Origin: Macrostomum lignano
Lineage: Eukaryota
Length of the DNA stretch: 64,000 nt
Reading direction: 5' to 3'
NCBI GenBank assembly: GCA_002269645.1
Contig: NIVC01000242.1
Coordinates: 23,449-87,448, forward strand
The position numbers and the translations under genes were made by a program. The notes under the pieces are model-generated. The model was not told where the DNA came from, did not search any database, and saw only the letters and a list, made by a program, of their open reading frames with translations. This document shows positions 36,763-49,487 of this stretch, one piece after another (the stretch's first letter is position 1; every line of letters starts with the position of its first letter).

Positions 36763-37449
36763 TGTACATGCAGGAAAAATTATAACGCCTTGCAATATCA
36801 TTTAAAGCTTAAGTAGCTCTTTACTTTGCTCAACTTATGTAGTGGCCTCATCCTACGAGCGTATATCTTAGCTGATGTGCTGCCACTAAAGAGATAATTT
36901 AGAATTTTGTATTGCAGCTGTCACCCCAGTTAGTTACTGCTAGTGAATTTCTCGGACAGGCTCAATCCGCCTAAAACGGATGAATTATTCATTTTTATCC
37001 CCCACTTCTCCAATTACTCGACCCGCTCGTGATGTCGCATGATATTCAGGAAAAATTGAACTCGGGGAGCACGGGGCAAATAAAGCATATAATAAACCAG
37101 AACATCCTGTGCAGCAATATGTAAGTTATTATTTACCTGTAAAAATTATTTTTCACAGGTGTCACCAATTAATAAATATATAGGGCCATAAGGTGAGGCA
37201 ACCACGCTCGTAGAACTTGCAGTGGCTTACTATAAGTAGCGAGTTTGGAATTTGTGTACTAATACGAGCGTAAACAATTTGAAATAATTGTAGACTATAG
37301 CAAATTTTGTGGTTTAAATAACTGGATTGAATTTGGCTTGTTCTAATGCGTTTAACTGCTCACACATCTGCGGCGACGCATGCGCTTACCTCCCCATAAT
37401 TTACAACCTGAGACTGGGTGAACCCTGAAAAATTCCTGTCCTGAAAAAT

Positions 37450-37900
37450 ACCAGCTGATCCTGGGGTAAAAGTACAAAAATGCTACCAGCTGATCCTGGG
37501 GTAAAAGTACAAAAATGCTACCAGCTGATCCTGGGGTAAAAGTACGAAAATGCTACCAGCTGATCCTGGGGTAAAAGTACGAAAATGCTACCTGCTGATC
37601 CTGGGGTAAAAGTACAAAAATGCTAGCAGCTGATCCTGGGGTAAAAGTACGAAAATGCTACCAGCTGATCCTGGGGTAAAAGTACAAAAATGCTACCAGC
37701 TGATCCTGGGGTAAAAGTACGAAAATGCTAGCAGCTGATCCTGGGGTAAAAGTACGAAAATGCTACCAGCTGATCCTGGGGTAAAAGTACGAAAATGCTA
37801 CCAGCTGATCCTGGGGTAAAAGTACGAGCGTACGAAAATGCTATTGTCCTTGAGTAAAAGTACAAAAGTGCTACCCTGGGGCAAAAGTACAAAGATGCTA
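37450..37900. repeat. 35-bp minisatellite (CCAGCTGATCCTGGGGTAAAAGTAC(A/G)AAAATGCTA)
   Basis: About 12 tandem units. Confidence 0.94.
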
Positions 37901-38502
37901 CCCAGACGCTGATCCTATCTAGACCCTGGACTAAAACTACATAAATCCAAAGCAGACTCAATGATAGAAATGTAAAGAATCGTACAACTGAAGGACAAAC
38001 TCTTCAATCCCATTAATTTCAGAAGTATCCGGCAAGGAGCACCATCACGACTGACCGCCAAGAGTGCCCTTCAGTTCTTCCGTGCTACAAGTTTACAGAT
38101 AAGAAGCCGCAGGCAAAAACTACGACAAATTGATTCAAATTGCCATGCATTTTCATTTGACGCGTAAAGAAAAAAAACTGCACATATCGGCCGCGTCTGA
38201 ATTTTACTAAGCATTACCTATCGTTCACGCTCAGCCATTTAACTTTCGCTTAACCCACAAAATTGAACTTTTCCGCCCAAATCAAGCAGACTTGGCTGCG
38301 AATGTAAAATGACAAATGATTGAAAGGTGTCAAGGTGGATCTTGATTGATATTAGTTTGAATAAATTCTTGAATGCCACTGCTACAAATGCTAGTTTTGC
38401 ATATACTTATGTTGGTTTTGTTGCTGATACAACACAAATAAAAGCCTTTTTGCCGTTCGTTTTTTACAAATAGTTTAATTTAAATGTCTGAAAATCGGGC
38501 CA

Positions 38503-39662
38503 GTAACTGAGGATATGGGAGACTGGCCCGGCAACTGAGGGTCTGGGAGGCTGGCCCAATAACTGAGGATCTGGGAGGCTGGCCCAGCTGATCTGGGAGG
38601 CTGGCCCAGCTGATCTGGGAGGCTGGCCCAGTTGATCTGGGAGGCTGGCCCAGCTGATCTGGGAGGATGGCCCAGCTGATCTGGGAGGCTGGCCCAGCTG
38701 ATCTGGGAGGCTGGCCCAGCTGATCTGGGAGGCTGGCCCAGCTGATCTGGGAGGATGGCCCAGCTGATCTGGGAGGCTGGCCCAGCAACTGATGATCTGG
38801 GAGGCTGGCCCAGCAACTGAGGATCTGGGAGGCTGGCCCAGCAACTGATGATCTGGGAGGCTGGCCCAGCAACTGAGGATCTGGGAGGCTGGCCCAGCAA
38901 TTAAGGATCCGGGAGGCTGGCCCAGCAACTGAGGATCTGGGAGGCTGGCCCAGCTGATCTGGGAGGATGGCCCAGCTGATCTGGGAGGCTGGCCCAGCTG
39001 ATCTGGGAGGCTGGCCCAGCTGATCTGGGAGGCTGGCCCAGCTGATCTGGGAGGATGGCCCAGCTGATCTGGGAGGCTGGCCCAGCAACTGATGATCTGG
39101 GAGGCTGGCCCAGCAACTGAGGATCTGGGAGGCTGGCCCAGCTGATCTGGGAGGCTGGCCCAGCAACTGATGATCTAGGAGGCTGGCCCAGCAACTGAGG
39201 ATCTGGGAGGCTGGCCCAGCAATTAAGGATCCGGGAGGCTGGCCCAGCAACTGAGGATCTGGGAGGCTGGCCCAGCTGATCTGGGAGGATGGCCCAGCTG
39301 ATCTGGGAGGCTGGCCCAGCTGATCTGGGAGGCTGGCCCAGCTGATCTGGGAGGCTGGCCCAGCTGATCTGGGAGGATGGCCCAGCTGATCTGGGAGGCT
39401 GGCCCAGCAACTGATGATCTGGGAGGCTGGCCCAGCAACTGAGGATCTGGGAGGCTGGCCCAGCTGATCTGGGAGGCTGGCCCAGCTGATCTGGGAGGCT
39501 GGCCCAGCAACTGATGATCTGGGAGGCTGGCCCAGCAACTGAGGATCTGGGAGGCTGGCCCAGCAATTAAGGATCCGGGAGGCTGGCCCAGCAACTGAGG
39601 ATCTGGGAGGCTGGCCCAGCAATTAAGGATTTGGGAGGCTGGCCCAGCAACTGGGGATCTGG
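38503..39662 (-). repeat. 22/28-bp minisatellite, reverse complement of the 29441-29880 unit
   Basis: Mix of full 28-bp units and a 22-bp deletion variant. Confidence 0.95.
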
Positions 39663-39998
39663 TAAGAAAAAAGGATGTATTTCTTCTTGGCAGAAAAACT
39701 GAAAAGAAAAAGACAAGCGAAAGAAATTCAAATGAAAATTAGTTCTGTACTTTAATGCTGCAACTGTACACAAAAATGCAGCTGTAGAGAAATAAATTAA
39801 CAGGAGTCATGAAAAGCATTTTGAAAGAAAATCTATGCACCAGCAAAGCAGTTCTCAGGCTGGCAGTGTCACTGAAAGACTAGAAAGTCTGTAGAAGTCT
39901 GCTGCTACTGCATGCAGTTAAGAATAATATTGTACATACAGGCCAATCGGCAACAGAAATGCGAGGCACCAAAAATGATATTGTTGATTAATATTTGC

Positions 39999-42900
39999 TC
40001 AACTGTCGGACAGGCGGACAATCCAAGCGGACAAGTCGGATCCGGCCACTTCAGACGGACTGTCGGCCGTGGCCGCGGAATCTGTAGCTGCCGCTAAGTC
40101 GGACTCGCCGATGTCCCAGAGCTTCTGAATCTGAGGATCAACCGGCTGCTTCTGGGCAGTTGCCAACAGGCTGAGCGCACCAGGTCTCTGGGAGACACCC
40201 GGCTGCTGCTGAGCTGCACCGCATCGGCCCGGAACGGCAGTCACAACAGCAGGGACAGCGGCTCCGCTTTGTGCCGCTCCGCCGCGATAAACTTTTAGCA
40301 CGGGAAACCCGGCCGCTCGATCGCTCCAACGGACTGAAGCAGCCGGCCACGGCGGCGGCTGCTGCTGCTGCTGCGGTTTCCTCGGCGGCCTTGGACGCTG
40401 CTGCAGCACCTGCTGCGTAGCTTCATCTTGGCGCCCATCCTGACGAAATCCCATAGCCATAAACTTTACTATACGCATCTCTGGCGGCGCGAACGGCACA
40501 ATGGGGTAGGCTGTCTTCATTCTACGCCGTTGGTCATCGGCGGCGGCCAAGTCAAAGCAGACGCCAATGTTGGCCACGCCTTCGGTGTCGTCGACGGCGG
40601 AGTCTCCGTCGGCCAGGTTGAAATCGACGCCGACATCCTCCGGTGGTGGTGACCGAGGCTGCGACGACCTCGACGGCTGCAAGCGTTGGGTGCCGAGACG
40701 GCTGTAGCCAACCCGGCGGCTGAGCCGGTCGGCTGGCCTGCGGGCAGGCGGTTTCAGTAGGGTCGGCGATGCTGTGGTTTGCGGCTCGTGTGTACATGTG
40801 TGCCTGGAGCATCCTACTACTTGGGGACGCTGGGAGAAAGCGGCCTCACAATTAGGGATCATGGCAGATAGCGGCCTCACAATTAGGGATCATGGCAGAT
40901 AGCGGCCTCACAATTAGGGATCATGGCAGATAGCGGCCTCACAATTAGGGATCATGGCAGATAGCGGCCTCACAATTAGGGATCATGGCAGATAGCGGCC
41001 TCACAATTAGGGATCATGGCAGATAGCGGCCTCACAATTAGGGATCATGGCAGATAGCGGCCTCACAATTGGGGATCATGGCAGATAGCGGCCTCACAAT
41101 TGGGGATCATGGCAGATAGCGGCCTCACAATTAGGGATCATGGCAGATAGCGGCCTCACAATTGGCGATCATGGCAGATAGCGGCCTCACAATTGGGGAT
41201 CATGGCAGATAGCGGCCTCACAATTAGGGATCATGGGAGAAAGCGGCCTCTCAATTATGGACACTGGCAGATAGCAGCCTCACTACAATGGACACTGGCA
41301 GATAGCGGCCTCACTACAATGGACACTGGCAGATAGCGGCCTCACTACAATGGACACTGGCAGATAGCGGCCTCACTACAACGGACACTGGCAGATAGCG
41401 GCCTCACTACAATGGACACTGGCAGATAGCAGCCTCACTACAACGGACACTGGCAGATAGCGGCCTCACTACAACGGACACTGGCAGATAGCGGCCTCAC
41501 TACAATGGACCCTGGCAGATAGCGGCCTCACTACAATGGACACTGGCAGATAGCGGCCTCACTACAACGGACACTGGCAGATAGCGGCCTCACTACAACG
41601 GACACTGGCAGATAGCGGCCTCACTACAATGGACCCTGGCAGATAGCAGCCTCACTACAATGGACACTGGCAGATAGCGGCCTCACTACAACGGACACTG
41701 GCAGATAGCGGCCTCACTACAACGGACACTGGCAGATAGCGGCCTCACTACAATGGACCCTGGCAGATAGCAGCCTCACTACAATGGACACTGGCAGATA
41801 GCGGCCTCACTACAACGGACACTGGCAGATAGCGGCCTCACTACAATGGACACTGGCAGATAGCGGCCTCACTACAACGGACACTGGCAGATAGCGGCCT
41901 CACTACAACGGACACTGGCAGATAGCGGCCTCACTACAATGGACACTGGCAGATAGCGGCCTCACTACAATGGACACTGGCAGATAGCGGCCTCACTACA
42001 ATGGACACTGGCAGATAGCGGCCTCACTACAATGGACACTGGCAGATAGCGGCCTCACTACAATGGACCCTGGCAGATAGCGGCCTCACTACAATGGACC
42101 CTGGCAGATAGCGGCCTCACTACAATGGACACTGGCAGATAGCGGCCAAAAATCTCACCTGCCCACAGGATGGTTGTGCTCCAAACTGCTGTGAGCCGCC
42201 ACGTACAGAGCCCGCTGAGCAGCGGCAAGGCGTAGCACCAGCTGAAATGGACAGTTCAGCCTGGCCCTGGGCAGCCTAGTAGGCCTGCGATGGCCCAGCC
42301 TAGGCGAATGATCGCACAGCACAAACACCTGGGCATATTTTAGATGAATTAGATCGGCCAATCTACCTGTGAAATTTTGAAAGACAGTAAAAAAATTATT
42401 TTAACCGATGAAAATGGGGAATTTGGGGGGATAGCGATGTCAAAACAATGGGTCACACTGGGAAGATAGCGGACTTGCTACAATAAGAAAGCTAGAAGAT
42501 GGGAGGCCTCACAACAATGGCAAGGCTGCGGACACCCTGGCCTAACGCCTTCGACGAGATCGCTGAGGCAATTCTGCCCATTCCGCTGACTCCTGAGCAC
42601 AATACAAGCCCTCTAATACTGTACGCAGGCACGGCACTCATACACGCTCACACAGGGTGTACAGCGAGAGATGAGAAGAGGAGAAGAGAGAAGGGGAGGA
42701 GAGAGAAGAGAAAAGAGAAGAGAAGAGAGAAGAGAAGAAAGAAGAGAAGAGGAGAAGAGAGAAGAGGAGAAGAGAGAAGAGAGAAGAGAAGAGAGAAGAG
42801 GAGAAGAGAGAAGAGAGAAGAGGAGAAGAGAGAAGAGGAGAAGAGAGAAGAGGAGAAGAGAGAAGAGAGAAGAGGAAAAGAGAGAAGAGAGAAGAGAGAA

Positions 42901-45900
42901 GAGAGAAGAGAGAAGAGGAGAAGAGAGAAGAGGAGAAGAGAGAAGAGGAAAAGAGAGAAGAGAGAAGAGAGAAGAGAGAAGAGAGAAGAGGAGAAGAGAG
43001 AAGAGAGAAAAGAGAAGAGAGAAGAGGAAAAGAGAGAAGAGGAAAAGAGAGAAGAGGAGAAGAGAGAAGAGGAGAAGAGAGAAGAGAGAAGAGGAAAAGA
43101 GAGAAGAGAGAAGAGGAAAAGAGAGAAGAGGAAAAGAGAGAAGAGGAAAAGAGAGAAGAGGAAAAGAGAGAAGAGGAGAAGAGAGAAGAGGAGAAGAGAG
43201 AAGAGGAGAAGAGAGAAGAGAGAAGAGGAGAAGAGAGAAGAGAGAAGAGAAGAAGAGAGAAGAGGAGAAGAGAGAAGAGGAGAAGAGAGAAGAGAGAAGA
43301 GGAGAAGAGAGAAGAGGAGAGAGAAGAGAGAAGAGAGAAGAGGAGAAGAGAGAAGAGGAGAAGAGAGAAGAGAGAAGAGGAGAAGAGAGAAGAGGAGAAG
43401 AGAGAAGAGGAGAAGAGAGAAGAGGAGAAGAGAGAAGAGAGAAGAGGAGAAGAGAGAAGAGAGAAGAGAGAAGAGGAGAAGAGAGAAGAGAGAAGAGGAA
43501 AGAGAAGAGAGAAGAGAAGAGAGAAGAAGAGAAGAGAGAAGAGAGAAGAGAGAAGAGGAGAAGAGAGAAGAGGAGAAGAGAGAAGAGAGAAGAGGAGAAG
43601 AGAGAAGAGGAGAAGAGAGAAGAGAGAAGAGGAGAAGAGAGAAGAGAGAAGAGAGAAGAGGAGAAGAGAGAAGAGAGAAGAGAGAAGAGAGAAGAGGAGA
43701 AGAGAGAAGAGGAGAAGAGAGAAGAGAGAAGAGGAAAAGAGAGAAGAGGAAAAGAGAGAAGAGGAGAAGAGAGAAGAGGAGAAGAGAGAAGAGGAGAAGA
43801 GAGAAGAGAGAAGAGGAAAAGAGAGAAGAGAGAAGAGGAAAAGAGAGAAGAGAGAAGAGGAAAAGAGAGAAGAGGAAAAGAGAGAAGAGGAAAAGAGAGA
43901 AGAGGAAAAGAGAGAAGAGGAGAAGAGAGAAGAGGAGAAGAGAGAAGAGGAGAAGAGAGAAGAGAGAAGAGGAGAAGAGAGAGAAGAAGAGAGAAGAGAG
44001 AAGAGGAGAAGAGAGAAGAAGAGAAGAGAGAAGAGAGAAGAGGAGAAGAGAGGAGAGAGAAGAGAGAAGAGAGAAGAGGAGAAGAGAGAAGAGAGAAGAG
44101 AGAAGAGAGAAGAGAGAAGAGGAGAAGAGAGAAGAGAGAAGAGGAGAAGAGAGAAGAGGAGAAGAGAGAAGAGAGAAGAGAGAAGAGAGAAGAGAGAAGA
44201 GAGAAGAGAGAAGAGAGAAGAGAGAAGAGAGAGAGAGAAGAGAGAGAGAAGAGAGAAGAGAGAAGAGGAGAAGAGAGAAGGGAAGAGAGAAGAGAGAAGA
44301 GAGAAGAGAGAAGAGGAGAAGAGAGAAGAGGAGAAGAGAGAAGAGAGAAGAGGAGAAGAGAGAAGAGGAGAAGAGAGAAGAGAGAAGAGGAGAAGAGAGA
44401 AGAGAGAAGAGAGAAGAGAGAAGAGGAGAAGAGAGAAGAGAGAAGAGAGAAGAGAAGAGAGAAGAGAAGAGAGAAGAGGAGAAGAGAGAAGAGAGAAGAG
44501 AGAAGAGAGAAGAGGAGAAGAGAGAAGAGAAGAGGAGAAGAGAGAAGAGGAGAAGAGAGAAGAGAGAAGAGAGAAGAGGAGAAGAGAGAAGAGAAGAGGA
44601 GAAGAGAGAAGAGGAGAAGAGAGAAGAGAGAAGAGAGAAGAGAGAAGAGAGAAGAGGAGAAGAGAGAAGAGAAGAGGAGAAGAGAGAAGAGGAGAAGAGA
44701 GAAGAGAAGAGAGAAGAGGAGAAGAGAGAAGAGAAGAGAGAAGAGAGAGAGAAGAGAGAAGAGAAGAGAGAAGAGAGAAGAGAGAAGAAGAGAAGAGAGA
44801 AGAGAGGAGAAGAAGAGAAGAGAAGAGGAGAAGAGAGAAGAGGAGAAGAGAGAAGAGAGAAGAGGAGAAGAGAGAAGAGAGAAGAGAGAAGAGAGAAGAG
44901 AGAAGAGAAGAGAGAAGAGAAGAGAGAAGAGGAGAAGAGAGAAGAAGAGAAGAGAGAAGAGAGAAGAGGAGAAGAGAGAAGAGAAGAGGAGAAGAGAGAA
45001 GAGGAGAAGAGAGAAGAGAAGAGAGAAGAGAAGAGAGAAGAGGAGAAGAGAGAAGAGAGAAGAGAGAAGAGGAGAAGAGAGAAGAGGAGAAGAGAGAAGA
45101 GGAGAAGAGAGAAGAGAGAAGAGGAGAAGAGAGAAGAGGAGAAGAGAGAAGAGAGAAGAGGAGACAGAAGAGAGCCGAGAAGAGACAAACCCGGGGTTTG
45201 CCGACCCCTGAGTTAGACCATAACGAGCTAAAACAGATACTGATAGTAACTGGCTATTGAATTCAATACCATCAACAGACAACCAGCAATTACCAGAGCC
45301 CGGATGCCTGGATAAGTAGCTCTCAATCGACACAGAGTTAGTCACTAGCAGGTTGGCCCCGGTGGCGGCCTCCAGGCCAGTTAGCAGAGCGCCGGCGCAC
45401 TGCCAACAGCAGATCAGACTGGCCTTGTTCGCCCCGGCAGCACCGCTGGCACCCGCGCGACTCGTTCAGCCAATAAACGAGGCGCCTCGGCCCGCCAAGC
45501 GGCAAGGAGCGCGGTCGGATGGCCGGCGACAGCGGCCGGACAGCGCAAATGCCGTTCGGGGTCGATTTCGAACGGCGTCAGGCAGCGCCGGCGCCTGCTG
45601 CCGCTGCCGGCTGAGCAATGCGGCTGCCGCAGACGCTGCTGCCTGATTTCGCCGCCACAATTCGAGCTGGAACGCCTGTTGTTACGGATTAGATTTTATT
45701 AAATCATGCTTATAGAATAAAGGCTCCAGTGAACTCTAGCAGCTCCTCTCTCCACAATCACACCTAATGGTCTCGTTCTAGCAGCAAACAGCCCAGCTTC
45801 TCCTTTAGGCTTCCTTTCTCTAGAGCAGAGCCACAGAAGCAGTGCTTCATCCCCGCACACTGTAAATTATGGAAGCATTTGGCTTTTTTCCTTTGTCTTG

Positions 45901-47370
45901 TTCGCCTTCCATTCTCTCATTTTGTTTTCTTTCACTTCCTTTCCGCTTTACCTCGTCGTGGCTATGGGGAACCATTGGTGTCATTGACCACTGCCATGGT
46001 GAGTTGCATACAATAATAATAGTAATATATAATATTATAGACGAAGTCCCACAAAGCACAGCTTATGAACTTGTTGCAATCCTGGGCCCAATAAAACATA
46101 AGACCTTTATGAGCACGATACTAATTGTAAATAATTTAAGGCTCTTAGGTTCAAGATTCTATTCAGTAGTAATTAAGGAAAGAAAATAGCAGTTATTTTG
46201 AGCAAGGAAGCGACAAGAAAAAATCAATAATTGTTGTAACTGTTTTTTAGCGCAATATACCGGCTGTCTCAATAAAAAGGAGCCAAAATAGATGCATATT
46301 GTGACACAACCTCTCATCGGATAGGTTTTAGCTATCTGTGGATAGACAATACTTATAAATGATACAAAAATAAAGATTTAAGGCCAAACTATCCGATAAA
46401 AAAAGTAGGTTTTGTTATACATAATATATAGGTCTTACATACTAGGGTGGGAATTGAGACCAAAATCTCACCTGGCGCTGTTTGGTCGCCCATCTGTCAA
46501 CTGACTGGTATCCGCCTGCGGAGTGGTTGGCAAAGCCAACGATGAATCCGGCACAGTCAGACAGGCCATTGTAGACAGCGATTCAGCATCATCAGCAGCC
46601 TCAGCATCCGGCTGCTCATGAGCCGCTGGAGCGGTGACGTCAGCCCCAGCGGAGCCTGATTCCACCGCGAACGAAGCCTGGATGGAAGCCGTAGCAGCGG
46701 TCGGTGTCTCCGCTCTTCTCACAGTCGGCGTGGAGCTCCCGCTGCTGCTACTAAGGCACGGCTGTCGTTCCACCATCAGCGCCTCTATTGTAGCTTGGTC
46801 CCGAGCTCGATCTCTCGGCGTCAGTCCCGCCGAATCAGTCTGGCCGGGATCGGCGCCGGCCTTCAACAGTAGCTGGATAGCACCCGGCTGACAGCCGATA
46901 GCGGCCCAGTGCAACGGCGCCAGGCCCGTGGCGGGGCAGGCGGAGTCGGCCGAATAGCCGCTAGCCAGAAGGCGGCGCGCCGCTGGCAAGTCGCCGCACA
47001 GACTGGCCTCCCGAAGCGCCATGGAGCCAAGAGCGCGCAGGCCGACAGCCGACAGGGCCGGAGAATCGTGTCCGGAGTGCGCCAGGCACAGCTGGACAAT
47101 AACCAGCGCCTGGCGCTTCGGACAGGCTTTGGCGCGTAGGCCAAACTGGCAGCCTGGCGCCAGCGGACAGGCCAAGTTAAGGAAGCTGTAGCGCAAACTG
47201 GCCTCATCAATGCGCATGTAGGGCGCTTTGACTATGGAATTGTGGCAGCCGGCGCTGCGGGTGCCTGTGCTCTTCACTAGGCGGCTGCCAGTGGCGTCAG
47301 ACAGGCAATCCGCCGCTGCCTGCAGTTCGCGATAGGTTGGAAACTCGCAGCCAACAAATATATCGGCCAT
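39999..47370 (-). CDS. Protein with two FAR1/ZSWIM3-N-like (C..C..HxH) zinc fingers flanking ankyrin repeats
   Basis: Exons 47370-46472, 45675-45294 (needs +1 nt), 42366-42159 and about 40803-39999 (acceptor uncertain). Finger 1: FVGCEFPTYREL...LRYSFLNLAC...CQFGL...LVIVQLCLAHSGH. Ankyrin: GLAPLHWAAIGCQPGAIQLLLKAGADPGQTDSAGLTP. Finger 2: LKYAQVFVLCDH...NCPFQLVLRL...LYV...HNH. Confidence 0.72.
40840..42147. repeat. Compound 31-bp minisatellite with GATAGCGGCCTCAC core (two variants)
   Basis: The variant switches at about 41240; the array fills the last intron of the zinc-finger/ankyrin gene. Confidence 0.95.
42673..45164. repeat. About 2.5-kb purine-only GA microsatellite (AGAGA/AGAGG/AGAAG mosaic)
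   Basis: No pyrimidine seen on the + strand across the tract. Confidence 0.97.
45196..45210 (-). mobile_element. Solitary hAT (Charlie-like) terminal repeat CAGGGGTCGGCAAAC
   Basis: Matches a common hAT terminus; no partner end found. Confidence 0.45.
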
Positions 47371-48978
47371 TTGTACTGGATTTGAAGGAAGACCTGCCTG
47401 CCGTCTTGGGCCGCTGAGCGATTCCCGTATTCTTGGTTTTACAGAGGCTGGGAATATGAGACAGTTGCCAAATATGTCTAGCTCAACTTTTTTTAGTCTG
47501 ACACTCAACACATGTAGTCATCCAATACTTCTATTGTTCTGCATCTCAGTGAGATTTTAATTTTTAGACTAGAATCTCTAAGATGGCTTATAAACTATAA
47601 TTTTTAGCATATACAATGGATTTAAAAGTGTGACTTATATACATTATGTACAATACCACATAGATTAGTGTGGTCAATTTGGCTAATATATGCATTTGGA
47701 ATAGATTAAATAATCTATAGTTTAGAACACTATATGTAGAAAAAGTAGAAAGTAGAAAAAAATCTTTTTTTTTGGTTTACACTGATACACACAGACATTA
47801 CCTTACACAAAGCTCTAAATTGTCAATTTTGAAACATTACTACTAGACTAGTGATTTTGATATTTAATTTCAATTAGACAAAGTTAAAAACTAAAAATAT
47901 TAGTTATTTTTGTATAATGTTTTATATAAACAATAAAGAACAAAAGTAAAATTTGTGCATTTTTTGTTAATTTTTTAAATCCTTACCTTTTAAAAAACAT
48001 GGAAGTTAGTTTAGTGTTAAAATAGTTATCAAATGTTAAGATTATATAATATATATGCATCTAGACAACTATTGTGACTAGATTATAGATAAAATGATAA
48101 TGTATTTTTGGTACATCATATATCAAAATATTAAATACATATACAAAAAGCCCAAAATAACTTTTTGTATAAACACATATGCCAAAATTCTTGAATATAC
48201 TCTAGAAAAAAAAAGCATACATGTCTTCTTCCTGACTATGGCATTTAAATTTATACAAAATGACTATAAAATAATATGGATAGTATATATAAGTATACTT
48301 GTAGTGTTAAAAAAATAGATTTTTTGTTGTCAAAACTTGTGTACAATAATAAAAACCTTTTCTTATAAAAAAGTTTTTATTAGGTCTTATCCTATTGTAT
48401 TTGTATTATAATAAATATAATACACTATAAATACATATAGATACAAATAAATACAAATACAGTAGGATAAGACCTAATAAAAACTATTTTTTCTCTATCT
48501 AAAAACATAGGTTAGGTAGCCCCTCCTATACATTAATATTCTATAGTAGGTAAGTAGCCTACGCCTAGTAAGTAGGATGGTAATATAAAGAATCATGTTT
48601 GGCTATTTTCTAGAAATACATTTAGCTAGGCCCAATCCAAATCTATTCAGCCTTGTTATATATATTATAACTATTTTTACTTTTGCTTTTGAAACAAACC
48701 AAGATCAAGAAAAATATTATATTAGGCTTTTCACAAAGATTGGTTCCAGAACCAGATTAATTCCAATTCCAAAACCAGAATTGGTAGGAAAATGAAAAGC
48801 ATCAATTTTTTTATTTGTATTTAATTATAGTACTTCTCAAAAGTTAAAAAACATTTTTTTATAAACTATGACCTACACTTTTGAGCTTTCAGTATTCTTT
48901 TTGAAATGTTTGAAATATTATTTTAAATTTGTCCTATTGGCTATTGTTTCGAAAGAAATATGACAAAGGATTGACCCT

Positions 48979-49342
48979 GAGCCTCTTCATATCGCCGGTT
49001 CCAAACTGGTTCGACGCTCTTCATATTGATGGTTTGAAAAACAGAATCAGTTCTGGAACATGGTTCTGGTTCTAGAATATGGTTCAAGAAATTTTCTTGA
49101 ACCGTTGTCATGTTTACACTTTAACAGTAAAATATATTTGAAATCATCAATTTTTTTTATTATTGTTATAAAATTATTCCTTTTTTGTCATATCCAAGAG
49201 GAAACAAAGTCAAAGAATGACAAAATTAAATTGTAAAGACTGTCAAACATAAAATGGGTTCAAAGCTCCTCATTTCACACTGGTTCTGGTTCTAGAACTC
49301 GAATTTATTCTGGTTCTAGAACCAATTGCCGTGAAGAGGCTC
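48979..49342. mobile_element. MITE with 11-bp TIR GAGCCTCTTCA and 3-bp flanking repeat CCT (Harbinger-like)
   Basis: TIRs at 48979-48989 and 49332-49342; internal GGTTCTGGTTCTAGAA repeats. Related ends (TAGGCTTTTCA or its reverse complement) at 48723, 51160 and 51501. Confidence 0.55.
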
Positions 49343-49487
49343 CCTATTGGAATATAATCACCAAAACCCATAGACACCATGCAGGGGTACTTCAAAGGGC
49401 TGCACCTGCACAGCATATCAGAATAAATGGCTTGGACACTTGTGCAAGACTGAAAAGAGTTAAGTTACTTATGTGCATTTGCAACTA

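Noticed and set aside
42499-45345. 846-910-aa ORFs rich in E/K/R or S/L/F
   Set aside because: Translations of the GA microsatellite, which cannot contain stop codons; the tract lies in an intron.
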